Origin: Paraspadella gotoi
Taxonomy: Eukaryota; Animalia; Chaetognatha
Direction of reading: 5' to 3'
Length of the DNA: 64,000 nt
NCBI GenBank assembly: GCA_051294375.1
Contig: JBJCIZ010000744.1
Location: 1,354,262-1,418,261 of the forward strand
Positions within the stretch are counted from its first letter, which is position 1; every line of letters begins with the position of its first letter. Made by a program: the position numbers and the translations under genes. Shown here piece by piece: positions 39,701 through 51,700 of the stretch. The notes under the pieces were generated by a model. The model was given only the letters and a program-made list of their open reading frames with translations, ran no database searches and was not told where the DNA came from.

Positions 39701-42700
39701 TATTGAGGGATTGGCGATGGCGGGGATCGACGTGATGCCTTGGGGGGGGGGGGTTGACAGGGTTGGCTACTGAAACCTCGGTTGAGATGGTGCGTTAGAA
39801 AGCCTTAGAATTGCATTGACAAGCAATTTGAAAGCGTTGATAGTGGAGGTGCCGATGTTCATATGCCCAGTCCGTCACGCTTTTCCCACTCGGGTCCAGC
39901 CTGATTTAGCCATTTTTGGGAAATGATGTAACGTTACTGCAACGTGAAGTATGGCAGTGGTTTCTTTCGTTTCATCGGATTTGGCTCACGGGGTAGATTT
40001 TAAGTTTAAAAATTAGATTGAAAGTTAATTTAAAAATTGTGGGATTTATAAGTTTATTATATATTTTTTAGAAATATTTTAATTCACGTTGTGGAATCAT
40101 TTTTCAAGGCAGTTCAAGTGACAAGTGATTAAAAAATAATATTGAAACGAAAAGAGAGCGATTGACAAGAGAGGATTTTTAAATCTAGGTATAATGCTGA
40201 AACAGAGAAACAGTATGACCGATCTAAAATTCCTCTTTTCCTTCTAATAATAATATTTTTTAGTTACTCGTTATTTGAACTGCCTTAAAAATTATTCTAT
40301 CACATGAATTGAAATATTAGCAAAAAATATATAATGGATTGATAAATCTTACAATGAATTCTTAATAAATTTTAACCTCCCTGTTCATACTTAAAGCAAT
40401 TAGGTTAAGTAATGGTTAAAAATTAGGTTAAAGAAAAGGTTAAGAATTAAGGTTTAGTTTTGGTATTAGGATAGTGATTAGGGTTAAGGATTAGAGTTTA
40501 GGGTTAAAGGTTAGGGTTAAAGAGTCAGGGTCAAAGCTTAGGATTAAGCATTGTAAAAAAGTAAGATTAAGGTATGGGATTAAGCTTATGGTTTGGGTTA
40601 TGAGTTTAAAAACAAATTAAGATTAAATATTAAAGTAAAAATTACGTTCAGGGATTAGGAAACAAAAATGAAGCACTTTTGGTAAAGAGAGCCAAAAAGT
40701 CATTAACATTTATCATTGAATTAATATAGCTTGATCTGTTTTTATTATTTTATAGGTTTCTGGTTAGTTTTAATGTATTATTATGTACTATTTTAAAAAA
40801 CTACAATATACAATCTATTGTGCCAAAAAAATTTTTTAGTTCAATAATATTGATTTAAATTTCTTTTTTTGAATTGTCTGTTTGTCAGTTAAAAAAGTTT
40901 GCAAAAATCATTTAATAATTTTTATATTTTTAAATTAGTTTTATGCTTTATTTCAAGAATATAACTTTGTCGTTCTTGTTCAGTACTCAGAAGTTAAATT
41001 GTGTATAATAGTAGTGAATAATTCATAAATTAATTTTTGAGCATGCGTTTTATAGACTCAATTAGTATATTGTTTTAAATACTATTTTTAAATTTGACGT
41101 GAACTGGCATTGCATATGAAATGAAAATATTATATTAAAAACTTTACCAAAGAGTTATTTAATAGGAAAACAGATGTTGCATGATAGATATCTTTATCTA
41201 GTGAACAATTTCGGAGCTTTTTGGTCACACATTTTGAAACACAGTTAATTTTATTTGAAAAATATTTGATTCCTCTGAGAAGGGTCGTCGCAATCGACCA
41301 CTTTTCTCTTCTCTGGTTGGAAAATAGTATCAAGTCGTTGCCATAGCGTCAAATAAATTCTTGAAAGAATCGTCACATCAATTTTCAACGTTTTGTAATT
41401 CATGCACTTGACTTGTCCAAAGTAGAAGACCGTTTGCGTGTTTAAGACAAAAATGTGAAAATGGTTTATTAATTTTAACCAAATAAAACGGACAACGTAT
41501 GACGAACTTAAAAAATAAAACCCTACAAAATTTATCACAAATTGAAAGAATTATGAATTTAATTTATGACTTCTCTTGATGTTTGAATATCTAAGTCATT
41601 AAATGAAAAGAAAAATGTGGTATTTATATAAAGTGTGTTTTCTCATTTTAATTTTTTAAATTTTTATTGTTAATTTCTGTTTTAATCTTCAAAATCCCAA
41701 ATAATAATAAGAAAAACTAATAAGTGTTTCGGAATTAAGCTTTAAATTAAGCATGTATGAAAAAAAATTGAAAAAGCTATTCTTTTAAAATTCTGACATT
41801 TTATGAAGATGGCATTTAATTGAAAATTGCATTTTTTAAAACACGATTTGACATATGAATTATAATTTAAACTTCTGTATTTGGCATACTTTTATTAAAT
41901 TTATATCATCGAATATTTGAATAAATATAGTTTTAGCGTTTATATATTAAAAAAAAGCTGTTTGTCATACGTTTGTCATTTCAGGAATCGAGGACAATCT
42001 CTATTTTTTTTCGTCTTAGGTATATACTTTACTGGAAGGGGGGGGCTTTATTTTGTTCTTTTTATCAGAATAACTCCTGGCAGCAAAATAACGCGGAACA
42101 AGGGCAATCTAATTTTGGAGGCGCAACCAATTCTCAGAAATCAGGTTAGTTCAAATGATTCTTTTGAGAAATTGACATTTTGATAGGAAAATTAAAGGTT
42201 CTAATCCTTTTTTTTCCCCTGACAGATCAGTGGGGTTATTCCCAGCAGGGACAACCTGGTCAATCTTGGAACGTTCAGGTTTGATAAAAAAATATTTAAA
42301 AGTTGATATTTGTCAATTCGCTTTAAAGTCCCTTTGCCTTGGCCGCAGTAAAATACTAACGCTTCTTTCGAAAGCGCGACTCTTCCTATCAGAATATTTC
42401 TTGTCAGCAGAAGACTCAATCGGCGCAGCAGAAGGCGGCGGCTCAACCACCTCAACATGGAAATAAGTTTTCCCTTAATTCTCAACAGAATTCTGGGGGA
42501 CAAAGCGGTTTTTCAAAACCAGGTTACTTTGTAAACTGAAATCAGTTACTGACAACTTATTAAAATATTTCCGCGGCGGGTTGACACTCTATGGTTTGAG
42601 TTTGAATTTTTCGGATGACGATCGTTAATGTTGTTAGGTTATTTGGATGAAGAGTCAAGCAGTCCTTTTTAATGTCATAAATTATTCGTACAAAACCCAA

Positions 42701-45700
42701 AAATATTTTTATGAGATTCGTGCAACATTTGTTGCGGGTGGATATTATCTAAATAGCTTTTTAAAGCTTTATGTATGATAGGCGAAAAATGTATTTATAA
42801 CCTTATGTGATTATCTGACATAATACATAATACGTTGCACGTGAGCTGTCTCTGTTCGTGATAGCGTCAATGTTGGTAACACTTTTTATTAATGGTCAAA
42901 AAGTAAACGGGCAAAGTGATAAAAAAAAAGGTGAGTTTGCTTTGGTTCATGTTAGATGACCCACCGAACCGTCACAAAGTGAAAACGTGAACAGTAAAAG
43001 CCGCATTGTGATAAAATGAACATATAGTTATGACCGTATGAAGATGACGTAAAGCATCATTACTCCTGGCTGTCGCAATCCAGCAGCCAGGAGTGTTGGA
43101 TGTTCTTAAGCAAATCTGTCAGTGTCTATGAAATCGGTAAGACCAATATAAAAATTATCGATTCATTCTATAAATGAGCCATCTTGCCATCTTGACTTTG
43201 GACAGGATATTTCAAAGTGAAACAAATTGTAGTTAATTAATTATTAGATGTTAAGTTATGAGATGAGAGACACAAATTGTTTAAAAAACACATTGTCAAT
43301 ACGCGTTCGATTCTCTGTGACAGCTTTTTACTGTGACTGGCTAAACAAAGCAGTCATAAAACATGTTGGAAAAAGGACACGACTTTCTTAATTTTTTGAC
43401 AAAAATAATTTATGTTCACCAATCACCATAAGGCACGTTTAGTAGACATACATCAATTTTAAATATTACTCTATTACGGGGTTTAATTATCTATATTGAT
43501 TAGTAGATTTATGTTTATCAAACATGGAAAATGTAAAACTGGAAAAAGATTTTACAAGGTTTTGCAATTTAAGTTATTTACGATTACTTCATTCTTGTGT
43601 TCTCCTATGATCCTGTCGCTTAAGCTTTGTAAATGTAATTACTTGGGTATAATTTTAAAGAAAATAATTACTTTTAATGGAACGTGACAACGATATGTTA
43701 GCATTTTTACAGGTCGGTCTCTGTTTAACAGGAGTTATGACAAATACCTTAAAACCAGTCGGTAAGGCATGATGCATTATATTCCTCCCGAACTTTGATC
43801 TCATATTGCATACTTCGATACTTTTTTAAACTACAACAATTGTTTATGCCTCACTGTTATAAAACTAAAATTTACAGAAAGGTTGGTATAAAATGTATTG
43901 CATACCAAATAATTTTTCAGCCAGAATCATGCAAATGAAACAAGTAATTTTATAAACTTTGCTTATGAAATTTCAGAAATATTCGCATATTAGTGATGTT
44001 ATCTTTCTTTATTTTTGACCGGCGAGGTTTGTCAATGGAATGAGGGAGTTGTTTAAGGGAATATTGTTGAAATACAAAATTTCCATATTTCTGATTATTA
44101 AATTTACAAGTATGGTGGACTAAAATCCACCAACCGTTCATTAGCGGCTATTGATGCAGGTGGCGTCTTGAAGTTAAGAGGGACGGGGCGCTTAACCTGG
44201 CTGTAATATGGTGTTAGAGCCTGATCCGAAGCTCATGGACTGCTTATATTGAACAGTTTTCTCACTAACTCATAACAATTTTTTCTGTATCTCACAATAT
44301 TGGTTTTCATTATTAAAATGATACACAAAACCTAGAACAAAGATGTAATTAGGATAAACACTAAAGATCTTTCTCGGTCGACTGAAAAGTAATTGTATAT
44401 AGATATGGCCAATTTTTATATTGGTTGTATATTGGTATATTGGTATATTGGTAGTTATGGTTAGTCATTGAATTTGGGATCGATTGAATCCGCAAATTTC
44501 AAGATATATCAGAAATCTTACATTCATACCTGGAATATTTTAAATTTTTTAGTTGTAATGAAGCTTAAAATTTTTTTGAGAATTGATTGGTTTTGTTATT
44601 TCAAATATATTCTTGAAATTGGTTGCTTTGATGGATTTCAAAATCTAGTAATTAAGCATAATTATTTATGTACATGTACCTTCGATGTTAGTAATAATTT
44701 AACTATGATTTAGTGATTTTAAATAAAATATGTAAATTTTTAAACTCACATTTTTAAAAGAATTATTAAAGATGGTAATTCAGGGTAAGAATCCACTTTC
44801 AACTTAAGCTTATTACACTTTAAGGAAACGTATAAATTATATAGTATCCTTTAAATTTTTTATTAGACCTTTTTTCCTGTTTCCGGGTTTCATTGCTCTG
44901 TGATGGTCTGTTAATCCACTACAATTGTAACAGCTGAAAAAAAACGGTTTGGTCAATTTCCAATTGTTTGATAGATGTATTTTTGTTCAGTGTGTAACGG
45001 CTTTATAAGATTTGTAAGCGTATTTGCTTCCTCTCATATTAAGATTTTTCTTACTTATGAAAGTACTTAAGCGGTTATTAGTTTTATTTGGCCACTGGTC
45101 CTCCAAGGTTGTTTCTTATGCTATTTTAACATCATTACGTACAAAAGGAATTGACGGAGAGAGTTATCCGCACTTGGTTGGTAATAAATAACTCGCTATT
45201 GAAAAAGACAACTTTTTAATTTAGATTTTCGAGTTCTTAAGAACAGGGAATATAAACAGGGTCATGTATGCCGAGTACATTTTTTTGGAGCAATGGTACA
45301 AAAGGAAAATATTCCCTCGGCGAAGTCATTCTTAGGACTTTGGTCTAAAAAAGATAATCGCCTCCCAATTTCAAAACTTAAACCACAAAAAAATTTTAAA
45401 GGCTTCAATGTACAAACTTAAAATATATATATATCTAATCATTTTACAATTAATCTCTTGTGTTTAACTTTTTTCTCTAATCATTTTGCTCCAGACGCCG
45501 CTCCACAACAACAACAACGCCCTCCGACCTCTTCGGTCTACGGTGGACGCGGCAGGGGAGCGCCGCCCGGCCACGCCGCCCCTCGCGGCGCCCCTCGCGG
45601 CGCCCCTCGCGGCGTCCCTCGCGGCGCCCCTCGCGGCGCGGCGGGGTTCGGCCAATCGTCGCAGAATACCAGCGCCGGTTACGGAGAGTACGAAGAAAAT

Positions 45701-48700
45701 CAAGGTGACACGACGAATAATGAATATTTAACAATACATTAATCGTTTAATTATAATATTTTAAATTCGATTCGCTGCCCAGACTCCTCCGGTTCTTTCC
45801 AGTCGCCGCAGCAGCAGCAGTATCAGCCGGCGCAGGGAGGGCGCGGCGCAAGGGGCGGCAGAGGCGCTCGGGCTCGTTCTCAGGCGCCCGGGCTAGGCGC
45901 CCGCGGCGCCAGGGGAGCTGGAAGGGGCGGCTACGGCGCCGCCGCCGCCCCTGCGGACTCCTACGGCGGATACGAACAAGAGTACGATCAATCTCAGTAC
46001 GACGAATCCAACTACGATCAATCGCAGTACGATCAGACTCAGTACGATCAGACGCAGTACGACGAATCGCAGTATCAAGAGTATGAAGAGTATCAAGGTT
46101 AGATTTCAATGGGGGTGTGGGGCCGTGAGCGGTATTGAATGTCCGTTCTTTGCCTCGTCTTAATGGGTTAATGGATTAATGTCTTAATGGGTTAGCTGGC
46201 TGAATTATCTACCAAGTACTAACAACCGTGCATTGCGGGTTCGATCCCCCGGTAAGTGGGTATCCCGGTGCTGAGTAAAATGTGATGTCAGTGACAGTTT
46301 TATCACAGGCTGTCCCTCCGTTCACATATGGGTTTTATTTATTTGGAATTTTCATTTTAATTTTTAGAGAAAAGTTTTATTTGTTACAACACTTTTCGCT
46401 GATGAAGATTCACCAAAAATTAAGTCGAAACGCCTTCGCTAATATTATAATAAAAAATCGTTGTTTGTAACAAATAAAACTTTTTCCTCTAAATTTAAAA
46501 CGCAACGAAAAGAAGTTGAAACGCAATATAATTTTGATCGAATACCTACAATATGTTTAAAATACGTGTAATGATGGATTAGTAAAATTATCTCTGCAGA
46601 ACCCGAACCGCAGCATCAGCCGGCCCCGCCGCCGCGACGCGGCACGCCCCGCGGCAGAGGAGGAACTCCGCCCGTCTCCGCCGGCGTCTCCAGCCGAGGA
46701 GGAGCGGGAAGAGGAGCTGACGCAGGACGGGGAAGAGGAGCAGGGAGAGGTGGAAGAGGAGCAGGGAGAGGGGGTTACGGGGGTCAGTATTCTGGTTATG
46801 AAGAATACGGAGGATACGGCGGGGAAGAGTATCAAGGATACGGTCAGCAAGGAGAGTACGAAGGTAAGGCATTATAATTTACAGTACGTGTGTATTTTTA
46901 AGTATGTTAAAGTATGTTACTATACTTTATTTGCTAAGTTTGACGTTACTGTGTAATATTGACTTTTTAGGTTAGACTCCACTAATTCGTGTACGCTGAG
47001 AGTTTTATTATTAATATTAAAAATAATTATTATTGTTATTTTTGATAATGTAAGGCCATTATTAAACGCGAAGCCGAGGTTAATCTTTGAAACATTTTTT
47101 TTTCCGCCGTCGTCAGGATACGAAAACTACGACGAAACCTACGCTGAGAACTACGACGAAAACTACGGCGAAAACTACGACGAATACGGAAACTACGACG
47201 AAAACCCCGGCGGAGAATCCAGCGAAACTTGGAACGAATGGGACGCCATGAAGGTGAAGTGGGTGGGGATGGGTGGTTGAGGAATGGTGGTGTCTTTTGA
47301 GGGCAGCCTATGATCTTTTACAGTTGATTAATCAAGATATTAAATAAGAACAAAACCTTTCTCTTGAAATATTGTTTTCCAACAGGGATTTTTTTTTAGA
47401 AAAAACGGATTCGTGATTCTAGGCTTCGTCAGTTCAATTAAAGATCAATTTAAAATAATTTGTGGTTGAATTTCTCGTGTGGTAGTTACGTGGTGATTTC
47501 AAGAGGATTTGTCATTGTTAGGGTGTCTCTTTGTATACTTAGTTAAGTTGTCGTAGTTGGCGATCACACGTGTGTTTACATAATTATGTATTAAATATGT
47601 AATTGATTAAAGAAAGGAGCGAAAGAGTGAACGGTCGACGGCTCTGTTCGCCGAAAACGCCTCAATTTTGAAATTTCTTTTCCCTTCAGGAGGCGGAATC
47701 GGAATACGACAAGTGGACCAACGAAAACGAAGATCATTTAGGGCGCGGAGGAGGAGGAAGAGGAGGATGGGGTAATAAGAAAAAATGACTAAATGAAATT
47801 TAAAATAAGTTCATTTAATTAAATAAATAAAAAAAGTCCAAACTTTTAAGTACTAAGACTGTATTAAAAGAAAGGGACTAATTTATACTGCTTCAATATG
47901 TAAGCAAAAGGAACTTTTATCACTTTTCTGTTGATTTTATTTACGTGATTTTCCCAAAGGCCAAAACAACCGCGGTGCGGAGAACGGACGCGGGCGCGGA
48001 CAACCTGGTCGCGGACAACCCGCTAGCGGACAACCCGGTCGGGGACAGCCCGTTCGCGGACAGCCAGGTCGTGGTCAGCCAAGTCGTGGACAGCCCGGCC
48101 GCGGCGCCAACCGCGTAACAGGACGCGGCGGCGTCGGCGGCTACGGAGGTGACGGTTACAGCGGCGGCGGCGAATACGAGAGCTTCGGAAATGAAGAAGC
48201 GAATTATGAGGAGGAATGGGAAAATCTCTACGACGAAGGGAACGAGTGAGTTGTTGTTGTTGTCGTTGTTGTCTTTGTCTCTCTCTTCTCTTCCCTTTCA
48301 CCTCTCTCTTCTCTTCCCTTTCACCTCTCTCTTCTCTTCCCTTTCACTTCTCTCTCTCTCTCTCTCCCTCTCTCTCTCCCCTTTCACCTCTCTCTCTTCT
48401 TTCCCCTTTCACCTCTCTCTCTCTCTCTTCTCTCCCCTTTCACCTCTCTCTCTCTCTCTTCTCTCCCCTTTCACCTCTCTCTCTCTCTCTTCTCTCCCCT
48501 TTCACCTCTCTCTCTCTCTTCTCTCCCCTTTCACCTCTCTCTCTCTCTCTTCTCTCCCCTTTCACCTCTCTCTCTCTCTTCTCTCTCGTTCTCTCCCCTT
48601 TCACCTCTCTCTCTCTTTTCTCTCCCTTACCTCTCTCCCTTTCTCTCCACAAGCTCCTACTCAAGCCCCAACTCGTGCTCTTACGGCGCCCCTCGTGGCG

Positions 48701-51700
48701 GCGCCCCTCCTCGTGGCGGCGCCCCTGTCTTTGGCGGCGCCCCTCCTCGTGGCGGCGCCCCTGTCCGTGGCGGCGCTCCTCGTGGTGGCGCCCCTGTCCG
48801 TGGCGGCGCCGGGTTTAACGCCAACAGAGGCGGCGCGCGATCGTCGCCGGCGCCGGCGATGATGCCACAGGGCGGCGTCGCTGGAAGAGGAGGGATGGGA
48901 ACGCCGCCGCCGAGCAGAGGTGAGGAGAATTATTATTTTAGATAATTATTTATTAATTATTATTTATTATTTTAGATGTTTTGTAATTTTTCAAATCTGT
49001 TTAATGCGCTGAAGAAGGCTTGCATTAAAGCCGAAACATGTACGAATATAAATAAAAATCGTTGTTGATATTAAAAACTATTCTGCTTAATCACCTAACA
49101 CAACGAAAAGAAAGATAAAACACAATAGATGATGTTTCCCTAACTAAATGGGTACCGGGTCTTAGCATAAAGATCTGAAGTGGAATATTAAATATTTTAT
49201 TCTCTAACTTCGCAAATATAATTTATACCGAGAGAATGTTTGCAGCTATACTCGTTATACTTGTTAGTTTTTAACATTAGAACTAACGTTTCTTCAATCT
49301 CTGTCTCTCTCTCTCACTGTCTCTCTCTCTCTTTCTCTCTTTCTCTCTAGGCTCGTCGTCCTCCTTTTACCGCTCCACCGCTGTCTCGATGCCGCCAAGA
49401 AGCAACACTTCCGTTCCAACGCCTCCGATGTTCATAGGGTAAAAGAGAGAGAGAGACAGAGAGAGAGAGACAGAAAGAGAGAGAGAGAACAGAAGAAGAG
49501 AGAGAGACAGAAAGAGAGAGAGAGACAGAAAGAGAGAGAGAGACAGAAAGAGAGAGAGAGACAGAAAGAGAGAGAGAGACAGAAAGAGAGAGAGAGACAG
49601 AAAGAGAGAGAGAGACAGAAAGAGAGAGAGAGACATAGAGAGAGAGAGAGACAGAAAGAGAGAGAGAGACATAGAGAGAGAGAGAGACATAGAGAGAGAG
49701 AGAGAGACGGAGAGGAGGAAGAGGTGCGGGAAAAGACGAAAAGAAAGAGGAGATGAAGATGAGGAGAGGAGAGCTCGATGTGAAAAAACTGGTGAGAGAG
49801 AAAAAAGTTGGAGGAAATAAAAAAAGAGATAAGAGGAGGATGGAGAAAAGGGAAGATAAATAAAAATTAAAAAGAGAAAAATAAGATAAAGGAAAGAAAG
49901 AAAAGAAAAGATGAAAGAAATTGACTTCAAGAGAAGAAGTTTAAATGAAAGGAGGGTAGAGAGCGAGTTAAAATTGACGGAGTTTTTCTCCACCAGCGCG
50001 ACTCCGACTTCTCATTCGTCCTCGGGCGGTTTGACCTCTACTCCCTTAGGTAAATGATAATGTCATTGATAATGATGATGATGACGACGTCGGTGTCATT
50101 TTACCTCGTGATTTCTTTTACTTTTTGCGCGCTTTGATTCGAAGATATACATTGAATGTTGTAAGTTGAATGATGTTTTCACTTTTGATAATACTTACCT
50201 CCGCCCCCCCTTTTTTTTCCTTTTTCTTAGGAGGGTCCCATTCTGTTTCCAACAACAGAAGTTCAAGTAAGTTAAATAGTATTTTTTTTTTTAGTAACGT
50301 TTAAATTTTTATTTCATTTTATTCATTTTTATTCTTCCCCTCTCTAAAGCGTCTGCTGACAAAGATGAGGAAGAGGAGGAAGATGATGACGACGACGACG
50401 ACGACGAAGACATTTCGACCCACGGCCGCGGACTGACGGGGCTCTTGGCGCATCTGCGGGGATCGCCGATCAAGGCTCCGCCGAAGAAGAAGACGAAGAT
50501 CGAGGAGTGTAAGTTTTGAGACAATGTTGACAATGTCGGAATGTGATAAGGGTTGTGTGGAAGGCGCATTGCATGAATGAGAGATGGGAAATCGTGAGGG
50601 CTTTTAAAAGAGTGAGTTGATTGGTGAATCGTTCGTCGGATAGATTAGAGTGATGTCTTTGTAGATGAGATGAGAGAGACGACTTAAGAGATGGGAGAGC
50701 CTATATCGCCTTTTCGGATGATAGTGATAACATTAGATATGAGAATGACAACTTTGGAGATGTTCATTATTTCTCAAAAATGAATTCCTCTTCTCTCCGC
50801 TCTCTTTAGCACCAAAGGCCAAAGCTGCTCCTCCGCAGCAATCCCCCGCCGCGCCTCGTCAGAGCCGCTTCGGTCCTCCACCGTCTACAAGGTCAATTCC
50901 CCCGCCTCACATCAATTTCAACGTTGGGTCGTCAAGGGGGCCGACCCCAGGGGGTCCGAGGTTCACTGCCCCTGGATCAGTTAATTCGACACCTGCTGGA
51001 CCAAGACCTGCTGCTCCTTCGGGTGCAACGCATCGGGCACCGAGAGCAACTGCTCCAGCTGGAACAACCAATCCAGGCGGAACTGGAGCTCCGGCATTGA
51101 TGGGATTGCGACCATTGATGCCCTCTGGTCCTCGAGCAGGAGGGCCATCTCAATCAAATCCCCGAGGATCCACTCCATTTGGACAAAGAGCCCCTCCCTC
51201 TGGCTCTCCTCGAGCATCTACTCCGAGTGGACCTAAATCAACCATCCTTTGTGGAACTGCTGGAGCCATTCCTTCGCCACCAAGAAACTTTGGCACTTCT
51301 AGCCCCAGGGCGACCATTCCACCAGCTCCCCTGACCCCTGGCGAAGGTTCAAGGACAAACGCTCATTTTAGTCCAAGAACTCCTACTCCCTCCGGCCCTA
51401 GCACCACCGCTCTAGCTGGACCGAGAGCAACTGCCCCTCTGGCCGCGAGAGGCCCTCTCTCTTCGGGCCCCCGTGCCCCCATTACTCCAGCGCCAAGAAT
51501 GCCCGGCGGTCCCCCCTCCGCTTCTGCCACCGTCGCGCCGCTAAGTCCTAAGTCTTTGCTCGAATTCGAATCCGTGCAGAAGGTGACGACGTCAACAACT
51601 TCCGCTTTAGGTGCAGGCGCAGCAGGCGATGGAGAAAAAGCCAAGGTTCCAGTCAAAGCCGGTGGAGGGAAAGGTGAGTCAATTAAGTTTCAATTATGGC

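Noticed and set aside
41130-41538. Minus-strand ORF fragments suggesting a transposase
   Set aside because: No DDE, RT or Rep motif or termini that I could recognise
42201-42503. Minus-strand ORF loosely resembling a BEN domain or transposon remnant
   Set aside because: Better explained as antisense to three phase-compatible + strand exons
46188-46252. tRNA gene (B-box ggttcgatcc)
   Set aside because: Could not build acceptor or anticodon stems; at most a decayed SINE head
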